Assembly: GCF_000940845.1 (NCBI RefSeq)
Contig: NZ_CP010341.1
Span: 1,590,001-1,622,000, forward strand
Reading direction: 5' to 3'
Length of the DNA: 32,000 nt
From: Propionibacterium freudenreichii subsp. freudenreichii
GTDB lineage: Bacteria > Actinomycetota > Actinomycetes > Propionibacteriales > Propionibacteriaceae
The position numbers were made by a program, and so were the translations under genes. This document shows positions 17,723 through 27,410 of the stretch, piece after piece; positions within the stretch are counted from its first letter, which is position 1, and every line of letters begins with the position of its first letter. The notes below the pieces were generated by a model. The model had not been told where the DNA came from. It saw only the letters and a list, made by a program, of their open reading frames with translations, and made no database searches.

Positions 17723-18964
17723 TGACGCGCTTTCACCTTTCCAGTGAAGAAATCATGCGCCCATACCAACCCATCACGCAGCGCATCTATTTCCTCGCGC
17801 GTCGTGTAGAGGTACGACGAGGCCCGAGTGGAGCTCTGCACGCAGAAGCGCTGATGGAGCGGGGCGGCGCAATGGTGACCACCCCGCACGGCAACGCCAC
17901 GCGAGTCGAGCAGCTGCATGAGGTCGTGCGGGTGCACGCCGTCGACCGTGAACGAGATGGCGCTGCCACGGTCAACAGCCTGCTTCGGGCCGAGAATACG
18001 CACGAAATCAAGATCGCCAAGCAGGCCGAGGGCATAGCTGGTGATCTCGTGGTCGTGTGCGGCGATGGCGTCCATGCCCAGGGTGTCGAGGTAATCGACG
18101 GCAGCGCCCAGGCCCACGGCCTGCGCGATCGGCGGGGTGCCGGCCTCGAACTTGTGGGGAACCTCGGCCCAGGTGGACTTCTCCATGGTGACCACGCCGA
18201 TCATCTCGCCGCCACCCAGGAAGGGCGGCAGCTCGTCGAGCAGCTCACGGCGACCCCACAGCACGCCGATGCCGGTGGGACCCAACATCTTGTGCCCGGT
18301 GAAGGCCAGCAGGTCGCCTCCCAGCGCCGTCACGTCGGTGGGCAGGTGTGGCACTCCCTGCGAACCATCGATCACCATCACCGCGTCGACGGCATGGGCC
18401 ATCTCCGCGATCCTGGCCACCGGGTTGATCGTGCCCAGGACATTGGAGACCCAGGCAATGGAGACAACCTTGGTGTGCTCATTGATGAGGTGTTCCTGCT
18501 CGGCCTTGTCGAGGTCGAGGCGGCCCTCCTCGGTGACGTCGAACCAACGCAGCGTGGCGCCGGTGCGCTCACACACCATCTGCCAGGGCACCAGGTTGGA
18601 GTGGTGCTCCAGCACGGAGATGACGACCTCGTCGCCGGGTCCGAGGCGCGAACCGAGCGTATTGGCCGCCAGGTTGAGCGATTCCGAGGCGTTCTTGGTG
18701 AACACGACTTCCTCGGGTTCGGCAGCCGCGATGAAGTCCGCGATGCGCGCCCGGGCACCCTCGAAGGCCGCGGTGGCCTCGGCGCCGAGCGTGTGCATGG
18801 CACGGGCCACGTTGGCATTGTGCTTCGCGTAGTGCTCGGCGACCGTGTCGATCACCGTACGCGGCTTCTGCGAGGTGTTCGAACTGTCCAGGTAGACCAG
18901 CGGATGCCCGTTGATCTGGCGGCTCAGGATCGGGAAGTCCCGGCGCACCGTCTCCACATCGAAA

Positions 18965-18975
<11 letters not shown>
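17719..18975 (-). CDS. sufS: cysteine desulfurase SufS (group II)
   Basis: PLP lysine in FTGHKMLGPTG, active-site Cys in RGGHHCAAP, N-terminus VRRDFPIL. ATG at 18975 (MSSDFDVETV, 418 aa) overlaps the sufC end by 11 nt. The track ORF start at 19077 lies inside sufC. Confidence 0.92.
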
Positions 18976-19714
<739 letters not shown>

Positions 19715-19718
19715 CGGT

Positions 19719-20066
19719 TCAGTTCTCCTTCAGGGGATTCTCGACGTCGACGAGGATCTGGTCGTCCTCGACACGAACGGGATAGACGGGTACCGGCTGG
19801 ATCGCCGGCGGATTGAGCGCTGCTCCGGTGCGCACATCGAAATGGGAGCCGTGCAGATAGCACTCCAGACTGCAGGTGGCCTCATCGAAGTCACCCTCGG
19901 ACAGCTTGACGTGGGCGTGGCTGCATTCGTCGAACATCGCGTGCACGTCGCCGTCGGGCGACTTCACGAGCACCACGGGCAGTGCGCCTTCGGTCGGGTG
20001 GTCCACCTCGATGCCCAGGGGACCGTCGTCCAGGTCGGACAGGGTCGCGACAGCTGTGAAGCTCAC
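19719..20066 (-). CDS. Rieske [2Fe-2S] ferredoxin-like protein embedded in the suf operon
   Basis: 115 aa from GTG 20066 (VSFTAVATLSDLDDG...). Rieske ligands CSH (ECSHAHV) and CYLH (ECYLHGSHF) lie 18 residues apart. GTGA overlap with the sufD stop. The track ORF extension to 20420 runs through sufD out of frame. Confidence 0.85.
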   Translation of the reverse strand: MSFTAVATLSDLDDGPLGIEVDHPTEGALPVVLVKSPDGDVHAMFDECSHAHVKLSEGDFDEATCSLECYLHGSHFDVRTGAALNPPAIQPVPVYPVRVEDDQILVDVENPLKEN

Positions 20067-21280
20067 TGGTCGGTCCCCCAATCCGGTGCGATCGAATCGA
20101 GCTCGCGCTCGACGGCCTTCATGAGCCGTTCCTCGACCTCGGGCACGCCGATGTGGCGCACGATGTCGACGAAGAACCCGTGGACGACCAGGCGACGTGC
20201 CTCGTCGTTGGGGATTCCGCGGCTCTCGAGGTAGAACAGCTGCTCGTCGTCGAAGCGACCGGTGGTCGACGAGTGTCCGGCCCCGACGATGTTGCCGGTC
20301 TCGATCTCGAGGTTCGGGATCGAGTCGGCGCGGGCGCCACGGCTCAGGAGCAGGTTCTTGTTCGCCTCGTAGGTCTCGATCTCGTGGGCGATCTTGCGGA
20401 TCAGCACATCGCCCACCCACACCGAGTGGGAGCCCTCACCCTGGATCGCGCCGCGGTAATCGACGTTCGAGCGGGTGCGGGGCTGGTTGTGGTCGATGAA
20501 CATGCGGTGCTCAACATGGCGTCCGCCGTCCACGAAGTACAGCCCGTACTGCTCCAGTTCGCCGCCGGGGGCGGCATAGCTGGCCCGTTCGAGCACGCGG
20601 GTGACCGCGCCACCCAACGATGCCTGCACCGTGCGCACATGGGCGTCGCGGCCGACGAGCAGGGAGACCTGGGCGGCGTGGAGGGTATCGGGAGCCCAGT
20701 CCTGCACCATGATCACGTCGACCCGGGCACCGTCACCGATGCGGATGTCGATCTTCTCGGCCAGTGCTGCGCTGCCCTCGAAGCGGAAGACGATCTGCGC
20801 CCGGGCATTCGTGCCGACCTCGATGATCAGCTGCTGGTAGGCAAGTCGTCCCACCCCGGTGCCGCGCACGTCCAGTTCCAGGGGCTCGTCCAGCTCGACG
20901 TCGGCGGGCACGCGGATGAGGCGCGCCTCGTCGGACTGCGCCACGGCAATGGCCGAGCTGCGGTCGGCCGGTGGTTCCACGCTGAGTTCACGGGCGCGCA
21001 CCGGGTCGATGACGACGCTGGTCACCCCGGCAGGAGTGCGCTCGACAAGGTCGACGTCGCCCTTCTCACCGCGAGCCTCCAGCAGGGCCTTCAGCTTGCG
21101 CACGGGGGTGAACCGCCACACCTCCTCCCGACCGGTCGGCATCGGATGGTCCCCAAGGTCCCAGGAGACCTTCGGGTGCAGGTGGGACGCGAGGCTCTCC
21201 ACCGCGCTGGCCACCGCGTCAGCGCCGGAATTCACCGGTTCGGCCACAGCAATTGCTCCATTCTCGTTCTCGTGGGTCAT
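20063..21280 (-). CDS. sufD: Fe-S cluster assembly protein SufD
   Basis: 405 aa. The C-terminal beta-helix region is typical of SufB/D (NLLLSRGARADSIPNLEIETGNIVGAGHSSTTGRFDDEQLFYLESRGI). The ATG shares one base with the sufB TGA (TGATG). Confidence 0.92.
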   Translation of the reverse strand: MTHENENGAIAVAEPVNSGADAVASAVESLASHLHPKVSWDLGDHPMPTGREEVWRFTPVRKLKALLEARGEKGDVDLVERTPAGVTSVVIDPVRARELSVEPPADRSSAIAVAQSDEARLIRVPADVELDEPLELDVRGTGVGRLAYQQLIIEVGTNARAQIVFRFEGSAALAEKIDIRIGDGARVDVIMVQDWAPDTLHAAQVSLLVGRDAHVRTVQASLGGAVTRVLERASYAAPGGELEQYGLYFVDGGRHVEHRMFIDHNQPRTRSNVDYRGAIQGEGSHSVWVGDVLIRKIAHEIETYEANKNLLLSRGARADSIPNLEIETGNIVGAGHSSTTGRFDDEQLFYLESRGIPNDEARRLVVHGFFVDIVRHIGVPEVEERLMKAVERELDSIAPDWGTDQ

Positions 21281-22737
21281 CAGCCGACCGAGCCTTCCAT
21301 CTGCAGCTCAACGAGGCGGTTGAGCTCCAGGGCGTATTCCATCGGCAGTTCGCGGGCGATCGGCTCCACGAAGCCGCGCACGATCATCGCGCGGGCCTCG
21401 TCCTCATTGAGGCCGCGCTGCATCAGGTAGAACAGCTGGTCCTCACTGATCTTGGAGATCGTCGCCTCATGCTCCATCGAGACGTCATCGGTCTGCACGT
21501 CCACATAGGGATAGGTGTCGGAGCGCGAGACGTCGTCGACCAGCAGGGCATCGCACTTGACGCTCGAGGCCGAGTGGTGGGCATTGGGCTCCACCGCGAT
21601 CAGGCCGCGGTAACCCGTGCGGCCGCCGTTGCGACTGATCGACTTCGAGACGATCGTGCTCGACGTGTACGGCGCGGCATGGACCATCTTGGCACCCGTG
21701 TCCTGGTGCTGGCCCTCACCGGCGAATGCCATCGACAGGGCCTCGCCCTTGGCGTGCTCACCGAGCAGGTAGCAGGCGGGGTACTTCATGTTGATCTTCG
21801 AGCCGATGTTGCCGTCGACCCACTCCATCTGGCCGCCCTCGGCCACGGTGGCGCGCTGGGTCACCAGGTTGTAGACATTGCCCGACCAGTTTTGGATGGT
21901 CGTGTAGCGGCAGCGGGCGTTCTTCTTGACGATGATCTCGACGATCGCCGCGTGCAGCGAATCGGTCTTGTAGATCGGCGCCGTGCACCCCTCGACGTAG
22001 TGCACATAGGCATCCTCGTCGACGATGATCAGCGTGCGCTCGAACTGTCCGAGGTTCTCGGTGTTCATGCGGAAGTAGGCCTGCAACGGGATGTTGACGT
22101 TGACGCCCTTGGGAACGTAGATGAACGAGCCACCGCTCCACACCGCGGTGTTCAGCGCGGCGAACTTGTTGTCGGCACTGGGCACGACGGTGCCGAAGTA
22201 CTCCTCGAACAGTTCGGGATGCTCGCGCAGGGCGGTGTCGGTGTCGGTGAAGATCACGCCCTGGCGGGTGAGCTCATCATTGATCTTCTGGTACACCACT
22301 TCGGATTCGTACTGCGCCGCGACGCCGGCGACGAGGCGTTCCTTCTCGGCCTCGGGGATGCCCAGGCGGTCGTAGGTCTTGCGGATGTCGTCGGGCAGGT
22401 CCTCCCAGCTGGTGGCCTGCTTGTCGACGGACCGCACGAAGTACTTGATCTGGTCGAAGTTGAGGTGCGACAGGTCGGCCCCCCACGTGGGCATCGGCTT
22501 GCGCTCGAAGTCCTTCAGGCCCTTGAGTCGCTTGGCGAGCATCCATTCGGGCTCGTGCTTCAGCGCCGAGATGCCGCGGACGACGTCCTCCGACAGGCCG
22601 CGCTTGGCGGCGGCACTGTAGGCATCCGAATCGTGCCATCCGTACTTGTAGGTGTTGAGGTCCTCAGCCAGCTGGTCCGCGGTGGACTGGCTGGCTCCCG
22701 GGCCGGTGCCGACTGGCCCTGTATCGAGCTGCGTCAT
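21280..22737 (-). CDS. sufB: Fe-S cluster assembly scaffold SufB (no intein)
   Basis: 485 aa, with highly conserved SufB sequence (YGWHDSD..., [38 protein letters not shown]). ATGA overlap with the sufR stop. Confidence 0.96.
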   Translation of the reverse strand: MTQLDTGPVGTGPGASQSTADQLAEDLNTYKYGWHDSDAYSAAAKRGLSEDVVRGISALKHEPEWMLAKRLKGLKDFERKPMPTWGADLSHLNFDQIKYFVRSVDKQATSWEDLPDDIRKTYDRLGIPEAEKERLVAGVAAQYESEVVYQKINDELTRQGVIFTDTDTALREHPELFEEYFGTVVPSADNKFAALNTAVWSGGSFIYVPKGVNVNIPLQAYFRMNTENLGQFERTLIIVDEDAYVHYVEGCTAPIYKTDSLHAAIVEIIVKKNARCRYTTIQNWSGNVYNLVTQRATVAEGGQMEWVDGNIGSKINMKYPACYLLGEHAKGEALSMAFAGEGQHQDTGAKMVHAAPYTSSTIVSKSISRNGGRTGYRGLIAVEPNAHHSASSVKCDALLVDDVSRSDTYPYVDVQTDDVSMEHEATISKISEDQLFYLMQRGLNEDEARAMIVRGFVEPIARELPMEYALELNRLVELQMEGSVG

Positions 22738-23507
22738 GCGCTTGTTGCCTCTCGGTTGTTATCTGTCGCTCGGTGGTTTTCTACCGCTCGCTTGCGTTCT
22801 CGTGGCGTGTGTTCGATCACCATCTCGTGGTCGATTACAACGATGTCCAGCGGAATGTTGGTGGTGCACACGCCATCGCCGTGCGCGATGGTTGCCAGCC
22901 GCTGGACGCGGGTACCGAGGAGCCGCGAGAACATCTGCGTCTCGGCCTCGCACAATTGGGGGAACTCGGCGGCCACGTGGGCCACCGGGCAGTGGTGCTG
23001 GCACAGCTGCGCGCCGGCAGGGGCCTCATCGACCTTCGTGACGTAGCCGTCGTCGTTGAGTGCGCTGGCCAGCGCCTCGACGGGATCGGCCAGCGGATGC
23101 GCGGCGCGATAGCCGCGGTAGCGCTGTTCGACGTCGACGTAGCGCTTCTCACCCAGCTTGGTGACCGCGTCGGCACCCATCGTCTCCACGAGCACGCGCA
23201 GCGCCTGCATCGCCAGGTCGTCATAGGCCTGGTTGAACGCCGAGCGCCCCAGGTCGGTCAGCTGGAAGGTCTTGGCCGGGCGCCCGCGCCCCCGACTCGG
23301 CTGCTGGTCGGGCTGGTTCTCGACCACCTGGCCGCCCTTGATCAGCCCCGTCAGGTGGCGGCGCACTGCGGTGGGCGTGATAGAGAGCCGACAGGCCAGG
23401 TCGGGCGCCGTCATGGCCCCCTCGCTCAGCAGCAGGTGCAGCACCTGATGACGGGTGGACAGGTCGCCGTTGGGGCGCTCCGCTCCGAGCTCCGTCATGT
23501 TTTTCAC
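22734..23507 (-). CDS. sufR: SufR-type transcriptional repressor of the suf operon (wHTH plus Cys-rich Fe-S sensor region)
   Basis: N-terminal winged HTH ([38 protein letters not shown]). C-terminal [21 protein letters not shown] cysteine cluster. First gene of the operon, as in mycobacterial Rv1460. The start is GTG 23507 or ATG 23498. The CAAC-N6-GTTG box begins at 23507, which favours 23498. Confidence 0.85.
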   Translation of the reverse strand: MKNMTELGAERPNGDLSTRHQVLHLLLSEGAMTAPDLACRLSITPTAVRRHLTGLIKGGQVVENQPDQQPSRGRGRPAKTFQLTDLGRSAFNQAYDDLAMQALRVLVETMGADAVTKLGEKRYVDVEQRYRGYRAAHPLADPVEALASALNDDGYVTKVDEAPAGAQLCQHHCPVAHVAAEFPQLCEAETQMFSRLLGTRVQRLATIAHGDGVCTTNIPLDIVVIDHEMVIEHTPRERKRAVENHRATDNNREATSA

Positions 23508-23520
23508 AACACCATTGTTG
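23507..23520. promoter_or_regulatory. putative SufR operator CAAC-N6-GTTG
   Basis: CAACACCATTGTTG, read directly (5-bp arms CAACA/TGTTG). It lies at the 5' end of sufR and matches the palindrome reported for SufR repressors. Confidence 0.55.
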
Positions 23521-23732
23521 CCGAAATCATCGCCGGATCAAAACGCTTTCGCCCAGCGCCTTCCCCCGAGCCGGATCCGAGGGCCGCCGGGGCCGTCGTC
23601 GGGCCCGGCCACACACGGCCCCGGACAGCCTATTCCCTCCCGATTCCGAGCACGAGTCGGCCTTCCCCACGACGCCGTCGACGCCCGATCACCCCATGGC
23701 ACGAGCCTTGACGCAGGATCGCTCCTGTGTCA

Positions 23733-23754
23733 CTGTATTGGTGTACTAATACAG
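23733..23754. promoter_or_regulatory. AT-rich inverted repeat, putative operator of the YtrA-type GntR regulator
   Basis: CTGTATT-GGTGTACT-AATACAG (7-bp arms), 13 nt upstream of the GntR ATG. TTGACG lies at 23708-23713 and GGGAGG at 23756-23761. It stands out against the GC-rich background. Confidence 0.5.
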
Positions 23755-23766
23755 CAGGGAGGCGTT

Positions 23767-24141
23767 ATGGGCTTCGACACCACGAGTCCACTGTGGATCC
23801 AGCTGGTGGACCGCCTGCAAACCCGCGTGGTTGCCGGCCAATGGGCTCCGGGGCAGAAGATCCCGAGCGTGCGCGAGCTCGCCGTGGAGTTCGGGGTGAA
23901 CCCGAACACCGTGCAGCGGGCCCTGTCCGAGCTTGATCGGCTGGGACTCACCGCCACCGAACGAACGTCCGGGCGCTTCGTGACCGCCGACCGCCAGCAG
24001 GTCGCCCAACAGCGGCTCCGGCTGGCCACCGGAGCGGTCGACGGGGCCATCGACGTGCTTGCCGGACTCGGACTCGACCGCGACACGGCCATCGAGCTGT
24101 TCGGTTCCCGTTGGGATGACATCCAGAAGGAGGAGAAATGA
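23767..24141 (+). CDS. GntR-family transcriptional regulator, YtrA subfamily (short C-terminal domain)
   Basis: 124 aa. wHTH PSVRELAVEFGVNPNTVQRALSELDRLGL. GGGAGG lies before ATG 23767. The upstream part of the track ORF (23455-23766) is rejected. ATGA overlap with the next gene. Confidence 0.88.
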   Translation: MGFDTTSPLWIQLVDRLQTRVVAGQWAPGQKIPSVRELAVEFGVNPNTVQRALSELDRLGLTATERTSGRFVTADRQQVAQQRLRLATGAVDGAIDVLAGLGLDRDTAIELFGSRWDDIQKEEK

Positions 24142-24836
24142 CCACAGCACTCAGCGTTCATGCACTGACCAAGGTCTACGGCCGGGTGAGGGCACTCGAC
24201 GGGCTGGACCTCGACCTGGAGCCGGGCCACATCGTGGGGCTGATGGGCGACAACGGCGCGGGCAAGACCACCCTGCTCAAGGTCCTGGCCGGAGTCACCG
24301 CCGATTGGCAGGGAGAGGTGAGCCTGCATGGCCAGCCCCCGGGTGCCGCCACCAAGCAGTTCGTCTCCTTCCTGCCCGACCAGTCGTTCCTGCCCGACTG
24401 GCAACGGCCCGCCGACGCGATCGCCCGGTACGCCGATTTCTTCGCCGATTTCGACGCGGATCGGGCCCACGATCTCATCGACTTCTACCGCCTGCCGACC
24501 GACCGGCGACTCAAGGAGATGTCGAAGGGCATGCGCGAGAAGGTGCAGATCGCCCTGGCCATGGCCCGACGCGCGAAGGTCTACCTGCTCGACGAACCGG
24601 TGGGCGGCGTCGATCCCGCGGCGCGTTCCATCCTCATGGAGGGCATCCTCAAGCACTTCGAACCGGACCAGTTGCTGGTCATCTCCACCCATCTCATCCA
24701 CGACCTCGAACCCGTGATCGACACCGTCGTCTTCCTGCACCAGGGCCGCCTGCGCCTGCAGGGCGACGCCGACGAGCTGCGCGCGGCCAACAAGACCGAC
24801 CTCGAGGGCCTCTTCCGAAAGGTGTACCTGCCATGA
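24138..24836 (+). CDS. ABC transporter ATP-binding protein (YtrB-like)
   Basis: Walker A GDNGAGKTT, signature MSKGMREKV, Walker B VYLLDEP. Start and stop both overlap neighbouring genes by ATGA. Confidence 0.9.
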   Translation: MTTALSVHALTKVYGRVRALDGLDLDLEPGHIVGLMGDNGAGKTTLLKVLAGVTADWQGEVSLHGQPPGAATKQFVSFLPDQSFLPDWQRPADAIARYADFFADFDADRAHDLIDFYRLPTDRRLKEMSKGMREKVQIALAMARRAKVYLLDEPVGGVDPAARSILMEGILKHFEPDQLLVISTHLIHDLEPVIDTVVFLHQGRLRLQGDADELRAANKTDLEGLFRKVYLP

Positions 24837-25648
24837 TCGCCAAGCTGTGGAAGCATGAATGGCTGGACAATCGCCGCACCCTGCTGGGCGTGGCCGGTGC
24901 CTCGGCACTCGTCTCGCTGCTGGCCAGCGCCGGGGTGGCGCTCGGGCTGCCCGACTACGGATTCAGCTTCATTGCCGGTGCCGTCGCGGTGGCCCTTCCG
25001 GCGGTGGTCACCGTCCTGCTCCTGTGGTCGTACTGGAAGACGATGTACGGCAGGCTCGGGTATTTCACCGGGACGATCCCGGTGCGGGGGCGCGTCGTGT
25101 TCGCCGCGAAGCTCACGTTCACCCTCGCGGCCTGCGTCCTCGCCGCGCTGGAGGGCGTGGCGCTGTTCCTGGTGCTCATGATTGCCCGGGAGCGCGAGTG
25201 GACCACCCCGGCCGCACTGATGGCCGATTTCTGGAAGCTGCTCACCGGCGCCCCACATGTCGGATTGTGGGTGCTGGCGCTGGTCGTGGTGGAGCTGGCC
25301 TGCATGCTCGTTCAGCTCGTCGCCGGCATCTCCATCGGCCAGGGCCCGCACCTGGTGCGCCAGGGCGTCGCCGGCTCGGTGATCGTGCTCATCGCGCTCT
25401 ACCTGGTGAACCAGCTGACGAACCTGGCGTCCATGGTCCTCATCCCGGCCAGCCTGCGGATCGGCGGGCCCGAGGCCGGCCACGTGGTCTGGTCGCCCAT
25501 GCTGGGCGGGCTGTTCAACGGATCGTTCCACTCCGGGGCGTCCGCCGACCTGCTGGGCCTCGGGTTCATTCCGGTGACGATCGTGCTCACCGCCGTGGTG
25601 GCCTGGCTGGCCGTCCGTTCGATCGAACGGCACACCTCCCTGCGCTGA
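24833..25648 (+). CDS. integral membrane protein, presumed permease partner of the YtrA-type ABC module
   Basis: 271 aa from ATG 24833 (MIAKLWKHEWLDNRRTLLG...) with about six hydrophobic spans. No motif I recognise. The track ORF (24059-25648) is the same frame over-extended through the two upstream genes. Confidence 0.75.
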   Translation: MIAKLWKHEWLDNRRTLLGVAGASALVSLLASAGVALGLPDYGFSFIAGAVAVALPAVVTVLLLWSYWKTMYGRLGYFTGTIPVRGRVVFAAKLTFTLAACVLAALEGVALFLVLMIAREREWTTPAALMADFWKLLTGAPHVGLWVLALVVVELACMLVQLVAGISIGQGPHLVRQGVAGSVIVLIALYLVNQLTNLASMVLIPASLRIGGPEAGHVVWSPMLGGLFNGSFHSGASADLLGLGFIPVTIVLTAVVAWLAVRSIERHTSLR

Positions 25649-25654
25649 CCCACG

Positions 25655-25680
25655 CCCGGTCCACACACCCGGTCCAGACA
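25655..25680. repeat. 13-bp tandem duplication
   Basis: CCCGGTCCACACA followed by CCCGGTCCAGACA, directly after the permease stop. Confidence 0.8.
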
Positions 25681-25686
25681 TCGGAG

Positions 25687-25715
25687 AGGGGCGCCACAGT
25701 GATGGTGGCGCCCCT
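25687..25715. terminator. bidirectional hairpin between the convergent permease and pdxT genes
   Basis: AGGGGCGCCAC-AGTGATG-GTGGCGCCCCT, a perfect 11-bp stem. Confidence 0.55.
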
Positions 25716-25720
25716 GCCCG

Positions 25721-25754
25721 ATGTACCGATGTAGCCCATGTACCGATGAAGCCG
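25721..25754. repeat. 17-bp tandem duplication
   Basis: ATGTACCGATGTAGCCC followed by ATGTACCGATGAAGCCG. Confidence 0.8.
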
Positions 25755-25799
25755 ACATGTCCTGCGACGACGGGTCCGACCGGAGGCTGGTCCCCCGTC

Positions 25800-26420
25800 T
25801 CAGGCAGCCAGCGACAGATGTGCCGCGACCGAGGACACGAAGTCCGCGTGGATGCGCCGATCCGGGGTGAGTTCCGGATGGAAGGCAAGCGCCGTGATGG
25901 CTCCCTGTCGCACGCCGACGACCCGGTCGTCGACCTGCGCGATCACCTCGACGCCGGCGCCGACCTGTTCAATGACCGGTGCACGGATGAACACGGCCTC
26001 GACGTCCTCCCCGACCCCCTTCACCGACAATGAAGTCTCGAAGGACGCCAGCTGGCGTCCGAAGGCATTGCGTCGGGCACGCACGCGCAGCACCTGGAGG
26101 GTCTGTTGCCCGGGCGCCGCATCGGTCAGCTCGTCGCTGAGGAGCAGCAGTCCGGCACACGTGGCCAGCGTGGGAAGCCCACCAGCCACGGCCGCCTTCA
26201 GGGGTGCGGCCAGGCCGAAGGCCCGCGACAGCTTGTCGAGCACGCTCGACTCCCCACCGGGCACGACGATGCCGTCCAGTCCCCCGAGCTCCTCGGAGCG
26301 GCGCACGAGGCGAGTGCGCGCCCCGCACTGCTGGAGGGCGGCGACATGTTCAGAGACCCCGCCCTGGAGGGAGACGACCCCGATCAGTGGGGCCCCGGTC
26401 ACTACTGGGGAATCAGCCAT
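25800..26420 (-). CDS. pdxT: pyridoxal 5'-phosphate synthase glutaminase subunit PdxT
   Basis: GVVSLQGGVSEH, PGGESS, catalytic TCAGLLLL, FHPEL. ATG at 26420 (MADSPVV, 206 aa) lies 4 nt after the pdxS stop. The track ORF extension to 26537 overlaps pdxS. Confidence 0.93.
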   Translation of the reverse strand: MADSPVVTGAPLIGVVSLQGGVSEHVAALQQCGARTRLVRRSEELGGLDGIVVPGGESSVLDKLSRAFGLAAPLKAAVAGGLPTLATCAGLLLLSDELTDAAPGQQTLQVLRVRARRNAFGRQLASFETSLSVKGVGEDVEAVFIRAPVIEQVGAGVEVIAQVDDRVVGVRQGAITALAFHPELTPDRRIHADFVSSVAAHLSLAA

Positions 26421-26424
26421 CGGC

Positions 26425-27324
26425 TCACCAGCCCCGGTCGGCCAGGTGGTGGGGTGCCGGCAGATCGGCCACGTTGATGCCGACCATGGCCTCGCCGAGG
26501 TCGTGGGAGACCTCCGCGATCGCCTTGGGATCGTCATAGAGCGTGGTGGCCTTCACGATCGCTGCGGCGCGCTTCGCCGGATTCCCCGACTTGAAGATGC
26601 CCGAACCCACGAACACCCCTTCGGCACCCAGCTGCATCACGAGCGCGGCATCGGCCGGCGTCGCCACTCCGCCCGCCACGAACAGCACCACCGGCAGCTT
26701 GCCGGTCTCTGCCACCTCGCGCACCAGGTCGTAGGGCGCCTGCAGTTCCTTGGCGGCCACATACAGCTCGTCGTGCGTCAGGGAATGGAGCCGGTTGATC
26801 TCATCGCGGATCGTGCGGATGTGCTTGACGGCCTCGGAGACGTCGCCGGTGCCGGCCTCGCCCTTGGAGCGGATCATCGCAGCACCCTCGGTGATGCGCC
26901 GCAGGGCCTCACCCAGGTTGGTGGCACCACAGACGAAGGGGACGTCGAAGTTCCACTTGTCGATGTGGTTGGCGTAGTCAGCGGGCGACAGCACCTCGGA
27001 CTCGTCCACATAGTCCACGTTGAGGGCCTGCAGCACCTGGGCCTCGACGAAGTGGCCGATGCGCGCCTTGGCCATCACGGGGATCGAGACGGCGGCCTGG
27101 ATCTGCTCGATCAGTCCGGGATCGCTCATGCGGGCCACGCCGCCCTGCGCACGGATGTCGGCGGGTACGCGTTCCAGGGCCATCACGGCGCTGGCGCCGG
27201 CCTCCTCGGCGATCCTGGCCTGCTCGGCGGTGACCACGTCCATGATCACACCGCCCTTGAGCATGTCGGCGAGGCCGCGCTTCACGCGGGTGGTGGCTGT
27301 CGTCTCTTGTGTCATGGACGCCAT
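26425..27324 (-). CDS. pdxS: pyridoxal 5'-phosphate synthase lyase subunit PdxS
   Basis: Highly conserved PdxS sequence ([28 protein letters not shown]-type region, [14 protein letters not shown]). An alternative ATG lies at 27315. Confidence 0.96.
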   Translation of the reverse strand: MASMTQETTATTRVKRGLADMLKGGVIMDVVTAEQARIAEEAGASAVMALERVPADIRAQGGVARMSDPGLIEQIQAAVSIPVMAKARIGHFVEAQVLQALNVDYVDESEVLSPADYANHIDKWNFDVPFVCGATNLGEALRRITEGAAMIRSKGEAGTGDVSEAVKHIRTIRDEINRLHSLTHDELYVAAKELQAPYDLVREVAETGKLPVVLFVAGGVATPADAALVMQLGAEGVFVGSGIFKSGNPAKRAAAIVKATTLYDDPKAIAEVSHDLGEAMVGINVADLPAPHHLADRGW

Positions 27325-27401
27325 TCCACCGCGACAAGCGGACCATTACAAGATCCACATGCAGCCAGTTCGAATGGACCACTTTCACCGGACGGTGCAA
27401 G
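27314..27401. promoter_or_regulatory. pdxS-pdxR divergent control region with four same-orientation GGAC-containing repeats (putative PdxR boxes)
   Basis: ATGGACGCCATTCC (27314), GCGGACCATTACA (27338), ATGGACCACTTTCA (27374), CCGGACGGTGCAAG (27388). The complement of the third reads AAAGTGGTCC. Confidence 0.45.
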
Positions 27402-27410
27402 ACTTGCCCC

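Noticed and set aside
20067-20420. 233-aa version of the Rieske ORF (track 19719-20420)
   Set aside because: The upstream 118 codons overlap sufD in another frame and are Arg/Pro-rich. The GTG at 20066, overlapping the sufD stop, gives a normal-size Rieske protein.
21280-22737. Intein in SufB, as in Mycobacterium tuberculosis
   Set aside because: The ORF is 485 aa with a contiguous SufB sequence. There is no insertion and there are no intein splice motifs.
21253-23046. 597-aa plus-strand ORF antisense to sufB and sufR
   Set aside because: Shadow ORF of a very highly conserved gene. The composition is repetitive (D/V/G/R/L/H) with no motif. Open antisense frames are expected at this GC content.
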